Assembly (NCBI GenBank): GCA_964035545.1
Contig: OZ037770.1
Span: 11,986,463-12,050,462, forward strand
Length of the DNA stretch: 64,000 nt
Reading direction: 5' to 3'
Source: Bugula neritina
Lineage: Eukaryota > Animalia > Bryozoa
The position numbers and the translations under genes are program-made. The notes beneath the pieces were generated by a model. It had not been told where the DNA came from. It was given only the letters and a program-made list of their open reading frames with translations, and ran no database searches. Positions 14,301-26,240 of this stretch are shown in pieces (the first letter of the stretch is position 1; the number at the start of each line of letters is the position of its first letter).

Positions 14301-15863
14301 TATGTTTGATTTATCATTGTAGCTGGCATGATCGGCTATCTTCTCGCACAGCTTCCGGAAGTTTCTAAAACAGTTGTCTTCTGCTACATCACCTTCAACC
14401 TTGACCTTCTCCAGTTTCACCGGGGATGAACTCTCCTAACAATAAATTGTCATCATTGACTTAAAATTTGTTTCAAAATAAATATTTAATTTAGAATAGA
14501 CCTTGCAAGCACACCTTAATGGCACATGAGAAAGTGTATCTGAAACCCTACATTAATTGGTCTCCTGGGATGACAATTTCTATTGACCAATGTCAGGGGT
14601 CCAAGAAGAAGTGACAGAGAAAGTGAGTCCATTTGTAACTCATTTCACTGAGCTCTACAGCAATCCTTCCAGATACCCAACGTATTCACAGACATCACTC
14701 ATATTGAAGGTTTAACCATAGTTTTAATCACAAGTGAATAACCTTGTTTCTTACCTTTTTAACTGGAGACTCGGGTTTGCTTATTTTACTCGTTGATGGA
14801 GTAGATTCTGTCTTCACTGATTTAGCTGGAGTAGTTGTACTAGCAGCAGACGATTTGCTTTTAGCCGGTTTCTTTGGAGCAGTCTTGGATCCTTTATTTG
14901 CTCTTTTTTCAGCAACATCTGAAAGTTAAAACTAATATATAAAACTAGATTTCTGGAAGCTCTAAGTGAAGAAATAGAAAGTGAGTGTAACAGAAACATG
15001 TGATGGGGATTTAGTTTAAGTTATTTTTTATATTTATAAGCCATGTGACAATGATTTACCCACTCCTAATAGTACAAACTAGCAATGCATAAAGTCTATC
15101 CAGACTAATATTAGACATATACCTTGTTTTGCAAAGGGAATCAGCTGAAAAAAGTGGAATGCCATATTTTGCAAAAGTTTGAAGAACAAAGATGCTGAGA
15201 TTAAAAACTTTTTAATAATAAAATCACAGGGTACACATTCTGCTATGATTTAACACCCAATTAGTGACTTGACAGTTGGATACAGCAACAGTATATGTAA
15301 TATTTCAAGTAACTGAGACAGACCCTTCAACAGATCCTTTATCATATCTTTATCTTCATCATTCAGGTCAGTGAAGCCTTCAATCTCATCAGTAGACTCT
15401 ATGATCTTAGTCGTAGCCCGAGCTTTTTCAAACATTTCAAACAAACATTTCGGGTGGTGCCATTGTTTCATCTCACCTATAAAATATTCAAATATAAAAA
15501 CTGCAAGCAATAGTCTAAATCATTTCAAAAAAATTGTGAAACAGATAGGTTTATGACTAGGAATAAACTTCTAAAAACAGTTTTGATATGCTCAAACACA
15601 TATGGATGCTTTGCGAGATAAAACTACGACATTACACAGGCTTCACAAATTCTGCAATACATCAGTTTACTAAAGACATTATTCAATAATCCCAGCAGTG
15701 CACTTTATGTACTCGTAAACCAACCTTCACCATCATGAAAGAAGTTGGGAACTACTTTAGCAATTCGGAGTTGTCCTTTCTCACATTTAGCCTTGCATTT
15801 CTTGCAGCCGGCTGTGCCTCGTTTGGCGTAGTCGCACGCAAACTTGGTAGTGGATTCCGACAT
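2325..15863 (-). CDS. LIG3: DNA ligase III (806 aa recovered; C-terminal BRCT exon(s) and stop not found)
   Basis: GT-AG exons in transcript order: 15725-15863, 15324-15476, 14755-14918, 14300-14435, 13275-13414, 12528-12739, 11804-11881, 10761-10950, 10046-10162, 9478-9609, 8810-8889, 8292-8379, 7338-7415, 6191-6314, 5373-5515, 4911-4988, 4147-4293, 2732-2893, 2325-2381. They join in one frame. Motifs: PARP-type zinc finger (YAKRGTAGCKKC...WHHPKC), motif I EIKYDGER (adenylated Lys codon 10133-10135), ILDAE, YVFDCLY, EGLVVK, WLKIKKDY, OB-fold ISIRFPRVTKIRDDK. The N-terminal zinc finger distinguishes LIG3 from LIG1 and LIG4. Confidence 0.96.
3541..3819. mobile_element. PIF/Harbinger-type (Tourist-like) MITE in LIG3 intron
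   Basis: Termini GTGTAGGGC...GCCCTACGC, inner inverted blocks (attttcgcagac/gtctgcgaaaat and aaggtgtccactgtac/gtacagtggacacctt), and TAA on both sides (3538-3540, 3820-3822). Internal sequence is homologous, in opposite orientation, to 7873-8216. Confidence 0.8.
6878..7330. repeat. 22-bp AT-rich minisatellite (CTTATATTACTATTATAT[A/T]ATA), about 20 copies
   Basis: Direct tandem repeats lying right next to the donor site of LIG3 exon 7338-7415. Confidence 0.9.
7873..8216. mobile_element. PIF/Harbinger-type (Tourist-like) MITE, 344 bp, in LIG3 intron
   Basis: About 70-bp TIRs (GCCTAGGGCCACACTGTGC...) with about 5 mismatches; 3-bp TAA target-site duplication (7870-7872, 8217-8219); no ORF. Confidence 0.9.
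9255..9465. repeat. Degenerate 12-bp tandem repeat (ACACATATACTG)
   Basis: Visible periodicity. Confidence 0.8.
9960..10040. repeat. 21-bp tandem repeat (ATAATGGCGACTCAGACTAGA), about 4 copies
   Basis: Direct repeats next to a LIG3 donor site. Confidence 0.8.
12001..12215 (+). mobile_element. tRNA-derived SINE copy (LIG3 intron)
   Basis: A box TGGTCTAGGG, B box GGTTCGAACCC, body GGAAGAGCATCCAG...CCTTTCCATCA...ATAAACTTGCGT shared with the other copies. Confidence 0.85.
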
Positions 15864-16375
15864 TACAAAAATCAAACACTAAAAGAAAAGTTAAGAAGAG
15901 AGTTGATAAAATCAGCCGAAAAGGGCCAAGAAACTTGATAAATTGCAAAACATGTTTAAACCATTATACAAGAGAAAATAACTCTATAGAACTTTGCAAA
16001 AAAATGATTGCTAGGATAGAATTGTCAAGTGGACCTTTGTATTAGAAAATAAAATAGAGCGACTGTATTAAGCTGGTTACAATTAATTAAGATACACACG
16101 ACTTTTTCTAATTCTATAGGTTATAACAGATTGTGATCAAGTACAAGTTTAAGTTGAAACTAAAACAATCAGAATCAAATCTAATCATTTGTTTGTTCAT
16201 TTTAGCTTTGTTCACAATCACAGTGTGAGGCTGGGTGTATGTTCTGTAAGGAAAGAAGACTATAACTATTAAAGCATTAATAAAAGTATAACTGTTGAAT
16301 TCAGTTTCACTATATCTATCAAAGTTACTATTAGTATTACTAACTAATTTACAGCATATTTAGGTGAAGCCTCAC

Positions 16376-16420
16376 CCTTGGGGTTAGACATTTGACATTT
16401 AAGTATATGAATATCCACAT
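16376..16420 (-). CDS. LIG3: Candidate upstream LIG3 coding exon giving a 20-aa N-terminal extension (MWIFIYLNVKCLTPR|CLIFV-M)
   Basis: tttag acceptor at 16425-16426, in-frame ATG at 16420-16418 and gtgag donor at 16375. It splices in frame to the acceptor at 15879-15880, with no stop before the zinc-finger ATG at 15863. Confidence 0.4.
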
Positions 16421-18464
16421 GATCCTAAATTGAAATTCTTAGTTTCATTACTTCAACGTTTATGGCAATGGCAAAATGATTATTACTTATTTAAATACTA
16501 CGATCTAATAAGTTAAATTATACTAAATTTAAATCATTATGATTATAAAATCATTAGTATTAATATTACTATTAGTATTAGTATTATTAGTATTAGTATT
16601 AATATTAGTATTACTATTAGACTGTGAGACTTAGTATTATCATTACTATTACTATTAGCATTACCAATATTGATTGTGATTATATTATATTTATACTCTT
16701 TTAGTTTCACAAGACAAGACTACCAAGACTGAAAACTATAATTAATACTATTGCTGCATTGGATAATCATAACTTCACCTAAATTAGTTAAATACGACTA
16801 ATAGTGATAATCGTATTACATATAGTTATACTTATACTTATAGTAATACTAATAGTAATATTCATTTTTATATTTAAATTGCAAAAAGTTTAGCAATCAC
16901 TATCAGCCTAACTTTAAATGACTTAATTATATTTATAATCATAATCAATAATCATAATGATAACCAGATTGGTGAAATGGAAAAAGGTTAACTTGGCCCA
17001 GTAGCTACAAACTTGTACAAGTTGAACTTGAAGTACAGATTTCGCATTGATACTATAACTCATACTCATACTCATAGTCATACTGCCAACAGTTGGCGGT
17101 TGTGGAATCAGCATCACGTTGAAGTTGACTTTGAGTATCACTATCAGTATCGTATCAGACGTATGTCACTATCACTATGACTATTACTATTAGTATTACT
17201 TATTAGTATAACTATAACTATAAGTAATATTATTTATTAGTATAACTATAACTATAAGTATAACTATAAGTATAGGCAGAGCCGCAGAGGCCTAGGGCCT
17301 AAAAAATAAGTTTGGTGTGTGCTCAAACGTAACACAAATGCTCGGTTATGAATAATAATATCAATATGGCAAAAGCAAGAGAAGCTTCAAATTAAAATCG
17401 AATGCACAGTAACTGTCAGGACAAAGAAAAATGTGGTTACCACTGTCAAAATGTCAAATTATTCAAGCAGTCTAGTGGCGGCGATATAAATAAATAAAGC
17501 GACCGCCCTTGCACGTGGTTATTGTGGCTTGAAAATAAACATTCTCTATTGGTGCGCTCACTGAAGCTATAAATTACTGTAACGTGCCGTCACTTTTGGA
17601 CTTAGCAGAGTTAGTTGCGCCCTTATATTTGAAGTATGACTCTCTTATTAAATCGTTAAAAATACGATTGCTATAAACTGCCTTTCTGAGTTTTATATCA
17701 GTTGCACAGCTGCAGATAACTCAGAAATAATTCGCCATCGTTACGAATGGAACGCACAACAAATCAAAGTCTGAAAAGTTCAGATGTAAAATCTTATCTA
17801 TAAGGTAGCAACACTAATAGATAAAGTGCAACCATATCTATAACTTGATTTTCATGCATTCATACTTTAAACAAGTTCCAAAAATGCAAATATATATATA
17901 GTTATCATTACCATTAAACAAAATTGGAAGCATGCACAACTTTGCGAGTTAATTTGTGCTAACATATGAGAAGTTGTCTTCCTTTTATCAAGTAGGATCT
18001 GCTAGCAAGCAAATCACAGTGTAGTATTTCTCTTGTTATAATGCATTCAATAAATAAGAATAATCATTTTTATGCATGTGATTATATATTTGTATTTGTT
18101 GTAAATATAGCAACATAAAGTACAATTAATACTTGTATAAATTTCATATATGCAAATCACCGTTAATGTGTAAGCTTAAAATAATACCATATAGCATCAT
18201 ACTTCAGATTAAACTGCTGAAAATGAAATTGTAGGCATGTTCCGTGTAGTTAATAATCATAAATTAACAGACTAATTATAATTGCTTGAACATCAACATG
18301 TTTTCTCAACCTGTAGCTGCCACCTTTTTAAGTTATGTAACATACAAGAGTTGAGATCTCGATTAACAGCCAATCAATACCAAGATCATCCATTTTTATA
18401 AAATGCTGATTTGGTAGGTTTACACTCATTATTTGCTTTACTAAAGAGTTATAACTATGCTCTA

Positions 18465-21400
18465 TCAATCCGATCCATCTCGAAGTAATGATAGATATTT
18501 GTACAGGATGTTATAAGAGGGTGTTGTGGTGGGATAGCTGTCTTGCAGTTTATCCACGTCCCATTTTAGTTTGGATAGAATTGACTGGATGAGTCTTTCT
18601 CTTTCTTTCTGCTCTGAATATTCATCTAACATGTAGCTGTTTAACTCTGCTGTCTTTTGGTCTACAAAGAAGACATGTTATACATGTAATTTATCTCGTT
18701 CTTTTAAATATATATGTTTTATAATATTCTATCAGAAGCAGCCATGGTCTAGGGGTTACAGCGTTTGCTTAGTAAACACAAAGTCAAGGGTTTGAGCCCT
18801 AGTAAAGACCTTTGGTGATGTTAGGAAGAGCATCCATTCATAATTGTTTTTGTCCCATGCACATATGAAAAAGGCTTTATAGCCCGATATAAAAACCCTT
18901 TCCATCAGGGGTTTCTCACAGTAATGGTTACTATATAAATTTGTGTGCGTAAATTTATTATGTTAGTCATGATCTATATATACATTAAAAACATAATCAT
19001 GGCACCCTAATATTATAGTAAGAAGGATTCATATATATTTCTACATCTAAAACTTGTTTTATATAAACACTGCTGTAAAAAGTAAATCTTCTCTATAAAT
19101 TAATCAACCTGTGCAAACATAAAATTGATGCCTTAGTAAGAAAAAACCAATAACATTGACACAAGTTGTCCTATCTTGTATATTTAATTCCATAAAATTT
19201 CACCAACTATAATCTTTTTGACTGATGAGCCTTATATTATGTAATCCTTTGCAGTGCATTTGAATTCAGATTCATTAAACGTTGAGCATAACCAGCTAAA
19301 CAATTGTTTAAAAGATCAGTTTGTGCATTTGCAATAGATTTTACCTATTATCTTCCAGGACTATTTTTATAGTTTTAGTGTTGCTTCAAGTTGAAGAAAA
19401 CAGAAATTTATCATTTGTATATATATTGGAAGTACTTAAAATAATTCATGGTGGCAAAATCTTAAGTTTATGGTAAAGTAAGGGTTTGGTTGAATCTTGT
19501 GATTTGGATTTTCAGAATTATCAGCCAACAGTTTTGTTTACGATCTCGAAGAATGAGTCACAACTAACATTGATTTTGTATCTTGCATCTTAAAGATTGA
19601 CAGAACATGATTATAAGATGGCCATAATCTGCCCATCTCCAAGAAATTAAGATTCCTCTGAGTATATAAGCAGAGGTTCCACAACATATACCAAATATAG
19701 CATAGAAAGTGTTTAATAGAATTAATACAATCAATATTTCATATGCTAAAGCATGTGTCATCCCTAAAACAGACTCCCTTTTCACCTTCTCAAATTCAGT
19801 ATGCAAGATTAATTCTCATAAAGCATATTTATGTATAAGCAATCATACAGCCATGTAATCCCTAGGGTACTCTCTTTGTAGCAGTTCATCTCACATGAGT
19901 TTTGCTTACACTTAATTCTCAAGTAATTTAGCATTTAGATTATTCATAGAAATAAATTCATTCAACTCTTCCAACAGTATTTTCAAAGAGCTTGTTTTGA
20001 ATTTGTTATAAATTATAAATTATATTGATCTTAAACACATTTTATTCAACCTACATTTAGTATTATATGAAGTGAATTTTGTATCAGTTAAACTTCAACA
20101 TAGAATTTTTAAGGTTAACAGGGTCATTTGTATCAACATTAAACTTCAGTAAAATGTATATTTGATTCGAAAATTCTTCCACTGTGAAATGTAATTGTTT
20201 TTAAATATGATTTTAGGTCTATTTCGTTTGCAAAATAAAATATATAACCACACAATTTACAGGTAACTGAATTTTTGCTCACTTTACAAATATCTAATCT
20301 AATAAAAACTCATGCAAGTTTATAGTCACCATCCCTCTGAGAAAACCCCTGATGAAAAGGGTTGTTGTTAAATCGGGCTAAGGACTTATTCAGATGAGAC
20401 ACAAGAGCAATTGTGATTGAATTTTCTTTCTAGCATCGTCAATCATCTTTGTTTGGGTTTGAACCCATAACTTCGTGTTTACTAGGCAAATGCTTTAATC
20501 TCTAAACCGGCTGTTCCCCTAATATCTAATGTAATAAATACTAAAATTTCATAAAATCTTAGCAGTTGGTTTGAAGATCTACTAGTTCCAATTGGAGAGT
20601 GGGAAAGGTAAGCCTGTTGCCCATTCATGCAAGATTCCAGATTGAGGGCTACTCAGCAGTACCCCCTACCTTTTGATCACAATTGCTAGCTGTAGATAAT
20701 CAGAATTTGATATCAAAAGATTATACTTGTAGCAATTGGTCTTGATCAATCTTTAATTTTTTTCATTAGTGAAACATTTTTGAGATTATTGAAGACACAG
20801 TAGATTTGAAAGTATTATAGTAAATATAGAAATTTTCAGCAGCTTTGTGCTGTTTTCTTGTAGTGTGGAGCTTAGTGACATGTAGAGTGATGGATATGAA
20901 GGCAAGCGTGTAGAGCTAATGATCCAATATTCCTTCTTATGTGGGTAAAGGGCAGTTGATGCACTTCATGTGCAATTGATTGTGTATATTTTGCATTCTA
21001 GTCATTTGATAACTTTGTTACACTTCATAGTACTGCGTTGCCAAACTATCCAAGATTTAAAAATATCCAACACCGTGAAGTCTTAGTTACTAGACTACAA
21101 AAGTAAAGCTAGCTGCGAGAAATTTGACTATCAACATTTTCTTGTAATTTTGTAGTATGCCTTAAGATATATTCTTATAAAAGAAAATATTTTAAGGCTC
21201 AAACTCATTAGACCACTGGTTGTTTTACTTCTTGAAATGTGAGCTTGTTATCAGTGAAGCACAAAACAATAAAGTTGTCATAGTTTTAGGTTTTAATCAG
21301 TGGAGCCTTTTGTGTATTTATGTATTGTGTGTATTATACTAATATAGTTACTGGATATGCATCTGCATTGAAGAGTGACTTAGCAATGTCTTAATTAGTG

Positions 21401-24400
21401 CTGCTGCTGCTGCTACTACCACTATACCACTACCACTACCACTACTACTACCACTACCACTACCACTACCACTGCTACTGCTACTGCTACTGCTACTACC
21501 ACTACCACTACCACTACCACTGCTACTGCTACTACCACTACCACTATACCACTACCACTACCACTACCACTACCACTGCCACTGCCACTGCCACTGCCAC
21601 TGCCACTGCCACTGCTACTGCTACTACTACTACCATGCACTACCACTATACCACTATCACTACCACTACCACTATACCACTACCACAATGACTACTTATT
21701 CACTGCTCCTCATTGCTTTGCATTGTGCAATAGATGCTCATACATGAACTTATGGTTGTGACTTCATTTGATGCAACTGTTTTCAAGTCCCAGAATAAAA
21801 AATCACTTGCTTTAAGCTTGGCAACATAGTGAGATACGAACAACTATATAATACATATCTTGGTATAGCACTTAGCTGATGAAAATCTCATATATTGAAT
21901 TTACTCATAGACAAAGATGCCACTTTTAAATTTCAATTGTAAGTGCATTTGCTATAAATTAACATTTCTTTTTACTCGCTAGGCACTTTAAGTTATTAAA
22001 GAATATGACATCAATGTCAACTGCACTTAACAAAGTGTGGGATTGCAATATCTATAATTAATTTTCGTCTGTAAATAAAAAGGCGTTTTGCTATTACATA
22101 ATACTGCCATACTATTTTCAATCCTAATAATTCTACACTCAATACTCTCTTTGCTATATATGCCATGAAAACAGCTCATAATCTTCAGAATAAGAAACTA
22201 TTGTGGCGAAAGATAGACTGCCAATACCATATTAGCTGTAGGAGTATTATTTATCTATTTACAAAAAAACTTTCTATAACAATGTTACAAAATTGGCTGC
22301 TGTCTTTCTGTATAGAGTGATACCTATTTGATACTTTAATTATTTGTGCTAAATATAAAAAAATTATTAAATTGATTGCCATGAAGTTATCTATACACCT
22401 ATACCAAAAAATAACCCAAATAAGCTAACGTTCAAGTTATGTTCACTTGTAACTTAAATTTGAATATAGCATTATCATAGCTAAATACCTAAGAATGTAA
22501 ATATATATTAAATATATATATAATGAAGCTACCTTTACCAAATTGTGATTCGTGGCTTCCTTTTGCCAGCAGATGCTCAAGTTTTTCTAATTCACCGTAA
22601 AGCTGCTTTTGATATCCTCCTTCACTGATATCTGGTAGAGATGAGGCACCACCACGCTTTCCTATCACTGCCCCATTCGCTAAAATACAGACATGCAGAT
22701 TGTGGTTTTATGAAAAACACGTTTCTTATAAATAAATAATTAATAAATACTTAACACTAGAAACAACACAACATCACTTTGTTTAGAGGTCTTTGAAAAT
22801 AGTAAACAATGCATTGCCACATTGTTTAGAGCTCTATAAACTTTGCAACTCCCTGTAGACATTAAATATTAGTGTGGGAACTAATTTAGTATAAATAACA
22901 ATAATAAGCCGAGTTGGGATTTAAATAAAAATGCAACTTAATCGGTTTGCATATTTGGAGCCGTCATATGTTTTTAAAAATCTTAGCAAATCAGCTATGT
23001 ATAGTGTTCAACATAAAATTCATCAATGTTTGAAATAGCTTAGAAATGTTTTATTTTGTTTTAAAATAGTTTTTCACATAAGCTGTGTTTGTGAGAAAAG
23101 ATAAGGTTCTTCAAAAGCTAGAAATTGTATAAACATATAGATTTAAGCTTCACTATGGATTGCTGGTTAGAAATATTGCTTCCTGTTTTTCTCGAACTAT
23201 AATAAAACCAGCTATCCTTTTATGCCAATCAAGCTTTCATAAAAATAATATATTCACTATAGCATTTAGTCTAGGTTGCGTTTATTTGGTATTAACTCAA
23301 GATTTTATTCTAAAATTATTGCATTTCAAATTACTTAAGTCTAGTTGGATATACAGAGTTGTGAATAGATCTGAAAATGAGCTTTTGTTGCTGGCTGTAC
23401 ATTCAAGATAAGAAACAATTTTACTCTGTACCCTAAAAAGTTTTCTAATAGGTCATGTTTTTCAATGAAATAACAGAGGATTTAAACCACAAATGTCAAA
23501 AACCCAGAAAAGGCGCAGAGCTGACTAAATGAAAGCATAACTACCACTTAGAAATGGCGAAACTTGATATGGCTCGAAATGACTTGAATCACTTTACTTA
23601 AACGGGTCTACCAAGTGCCTAATATACAACATTTTATATACAGTAAAAACTAGCTCAGGGTTAAAGTGTGTTCAAGTAATTATAGCAAAGATTTTTCTAT
23701 TTGCACTTCATGTTAACTTATGTTGACAATAGTAGCTGCTGTTTGACATTATATCCACTTCCTAACAGAATTTCTGAGGATTTAGAAGGAACTGTTATTC
23801 ATTGCCAACTTTTTGTTTTACTCACTCAAACAAAGCTTTCTTAGATTAGCTGGAACTCCACTGCATTCATCTCCTGTAAAGAATAAACCCCAAGTTTAGC
23901 AAATTAAAATAAGTTATATCCGTAGCTTAGGTTTTTCAACTGCGTACTGTACCCACCTCACATAACTGCACTAGCTTGAAATCATTGAACCGTACCAAAC
24001 TGTATTCAAATTCATCACAATACTAACACAATTAAATTTTGACCAGTTATTTATATGTAATAAAACAAACACACAATAGTATTTAACATGCACATAAGGT
24101 AAGTTTTGTAAATAATAACAAATTACTTCCTAACTTGAGTTCAGCATAACTTTCAAAACCTTGTATAAGGTGTATATAACATCGAAGCATTTTGAAAGTT
24201 AAAACTAAAAAGTTTGATTATTATTCTCATAAGTTAAGCTGTAATCTACTAAATCGTCAGTTCTATCAGTCATTACTATTTGTCTGCAATTGCTCATGCA
24301 TGCGCCATGTACTTGAGAAAGTTTAGGGTAATGGTAGAATGACTTTCAATGTCACCAGTTTAACTGTAGGTGAAAAGTGATTAGTCATAATTCAATGGCT

Positions 24401-25964
24401 ATTTCCTGTACAATAAGTAACGTCATGATGTGTTTGCTATTTAAGAGTATAAATAAATTACCAAATATATTCAATATTGCTTTCTTGAAAAAGATTTTCT
24501 GAAATGGAAATGATAGTTGCTTATTTTAATACCTTTTAAGGGGGGGGGGAGGAAATCAATTATTCATATATAAAACAAATTAAATGTATTGTGTTTAAGC
24601 TTATGAATATCTCTTTCATTTGTTTTGTTGATAAAATACCAATAAGCAAACAAATCTAAATGGAAAGCAAATCTATAAATATTTATTTCTTAATTCATTT
24701 ATATTCTGTTTTAACAGCATTTCCTTTAGATTGAGACGTGTACTGACTTCAGTAGACTTCTCCATCTAATCTCAAACTAATAGACAGTTCAAACTATTTT
24801 TGGAGGTAGTCCATAGTATAGGCAATGTTGAAAAGTACTTTTTTTCTGATTAATTTGAATTCTAAGCAGTATAAATAATACTTTTGACATTGGTCTTTGC
24901 TAGAGCATTTGGTAACAACCGAAATGTAAATGTTTGTACGTTAAATGGAGCTTTTAGTTACTATATTATACTCTGTAACTGTACATTTCTTGGTGCGTGG
25001 TTATATGTAATCACGACATCAAGTCTGTAACCAAGATTACGGTTTTGTGAATGTAATGTTTGCTTTATTCTACAATAATCTCTATCAACAATATGCGTTA
25101 GTCAGCAAGAGTGACTAAATATATTAAAGCGCAGTTAAAGGTTGCTTTTATTGCGACTTGTAAGCTTACAACCTAAAATACGCAGAAATGTAAATTGTCA
25201 ATATTTTTGTTCTGCCGAAGATTTTATCATTAATTATTTTATATCTTCATCTGCATAATTGTAAAAGAAGATGCAGACAGTATAAATCAATATGGCTTTA
25301 GTGTCAGTATAGCTATATGTAATTATCAAAGCTTATACACATACATCTGCATATTTCTAACAGGAATATATATAATTATTCAATAATTAAAGTTAAAACG
25401 CGTCGGTGATGACCTCCCAAGATAGTTATTTTGTTTGACAAATTGCAAGTGTGTTGCCTCTATAAGAAAGTTTCAAACAACTTAATTAAAATTAAAATAT
25501 TACCTTTTAGAGATCAGTGTGATTTTTTTCTATAGAATTTTATAAGCATAATTTTAAGCACAAAATATTTTTAGGCATTACAATTTACAGTATAATTCAA
25601 TTTAAATTATCAAAGTATAACAATATTATAAAGGATTTTAATTTTGGTAAAACCTGTAATTTAAAACATAAATACCATGCTTATATATTGCAATAAATTT
25701 GATCGTTGGGCAAAATATTAGAATATTTTTTGCAAATTAAGTATATAAAATAGTTTTGTGGTTGAATACCGAAATAAATAAATAAGGTTAAAATACCAGA
25801 GTATAATATAGCATATATCTAAGGTACACGATTTAACAGATGAATTGATTCCACTTACTTTTAACTGGACTAGATTGTGATATTTGGAAAAACTGAAAAA
25901 GAAATAGAAAAGCTAACAGAATCTTGTGTATCACTGTGGCAGTATCTCCCATGTTTAACGTCAT
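18465..25964 (-). CDS. Neuropeptide precursor (165 aa): signal peptide, KR, Cys-loop amidated peptide, GKR, C-terminal propeptide
   Basis: Exons 25859-25964, 23826-23873, 22533-22679 and 18465-18661, all phase-1 GT-AG introns. Translation: MTLNMGDTATVIHKILLAFLFLFQFFQISQSSPVKR-DECSGVPANLRKLCLTNGAVI-GKR-GGASSLPDISEGGYQKQLYGELEKLEHLLAKGSHESQFGKDQKTAELNSYMLDEYSEQKERERLIQSILSKLKWDVDKLQDSYPTTTPSYNILYKYLSLLRDGSD*. It has a hydrophobic signal peptide, a KR site created across the exon 1/2 junction, and a Gly-Lys-Arg amidation/cleavage signal. The last exon is the least certain. Confidence 0.8.
18735..18950 (+). mobile_element. tRNA-derived SINE copy (neuropeptide gene intron)
   Basis: Collinear similarity to 12001-12215 over ~210 bp. 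Confidence 0.85.
20304..20517 (-). mobile_element. tRNA-derived SINE copy
   Basis: Collinear with the family consensus on the minus strand. Confidence 0.85.
21398..21688. repeat. Compound microsatellite (CTACCA/CTGCTA/CTGCCA)n
   Basis: Hexamer and trimer runs. Confidence 0.9.
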
Positions 25965-26104
25965 GCTATACAGTATGTTCTTCCACATCAGCTAGATAAA
26001 CTAAAACTGTCTTTCCTCCAGTATACCATGTGAATATATCTGTGCTATGAATCACTGTCTCCAGTATCAAATATTTATTATACTGTTGTTAGGTACACGT
26101 ATGC

Positions 26105-26240
26105 TTGAGTGACTCGGTTTTTAGACAAACTACTAATTTATATACTCAATGGCCTTCCGACGCTCACACTAGTAGGTGGATCAAAAGTATAAAGTTTATT
26201 CTCAATGGATTGGCTGATTCGGAGAATGCGATTGGTCAGG
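26105..26240 (-). promoter_or_regulatory. Candidate core promoter of the neuropeptide gene (two CCAAT boxes, TATA box, Inr-like)
   Basis: On the minus strand: GACCAATC (around 26231-26235), AGCCAATC (around 26209-26213), TATATAAA (26137-26144), and TCACTC about 30 nt further on (~26110), roughly 150 bp upstream of the ATG. Confidence 0.45.

Noticed and set aside
18560-18610. ERLIQSILSKLKW in the neuropeptide precursor resembles the TGF-beta prodomain helix
   Set aside because: Short amphipathic match only; no cystine-knot domain follows, and a stop occurs about 30 codons later.
20583-20689. GC-richer intronic block as an extra neuropeptide exon
   Set aside because: Stops in all minus frames unless truncated to a phase-incompatible 20-nt exon.
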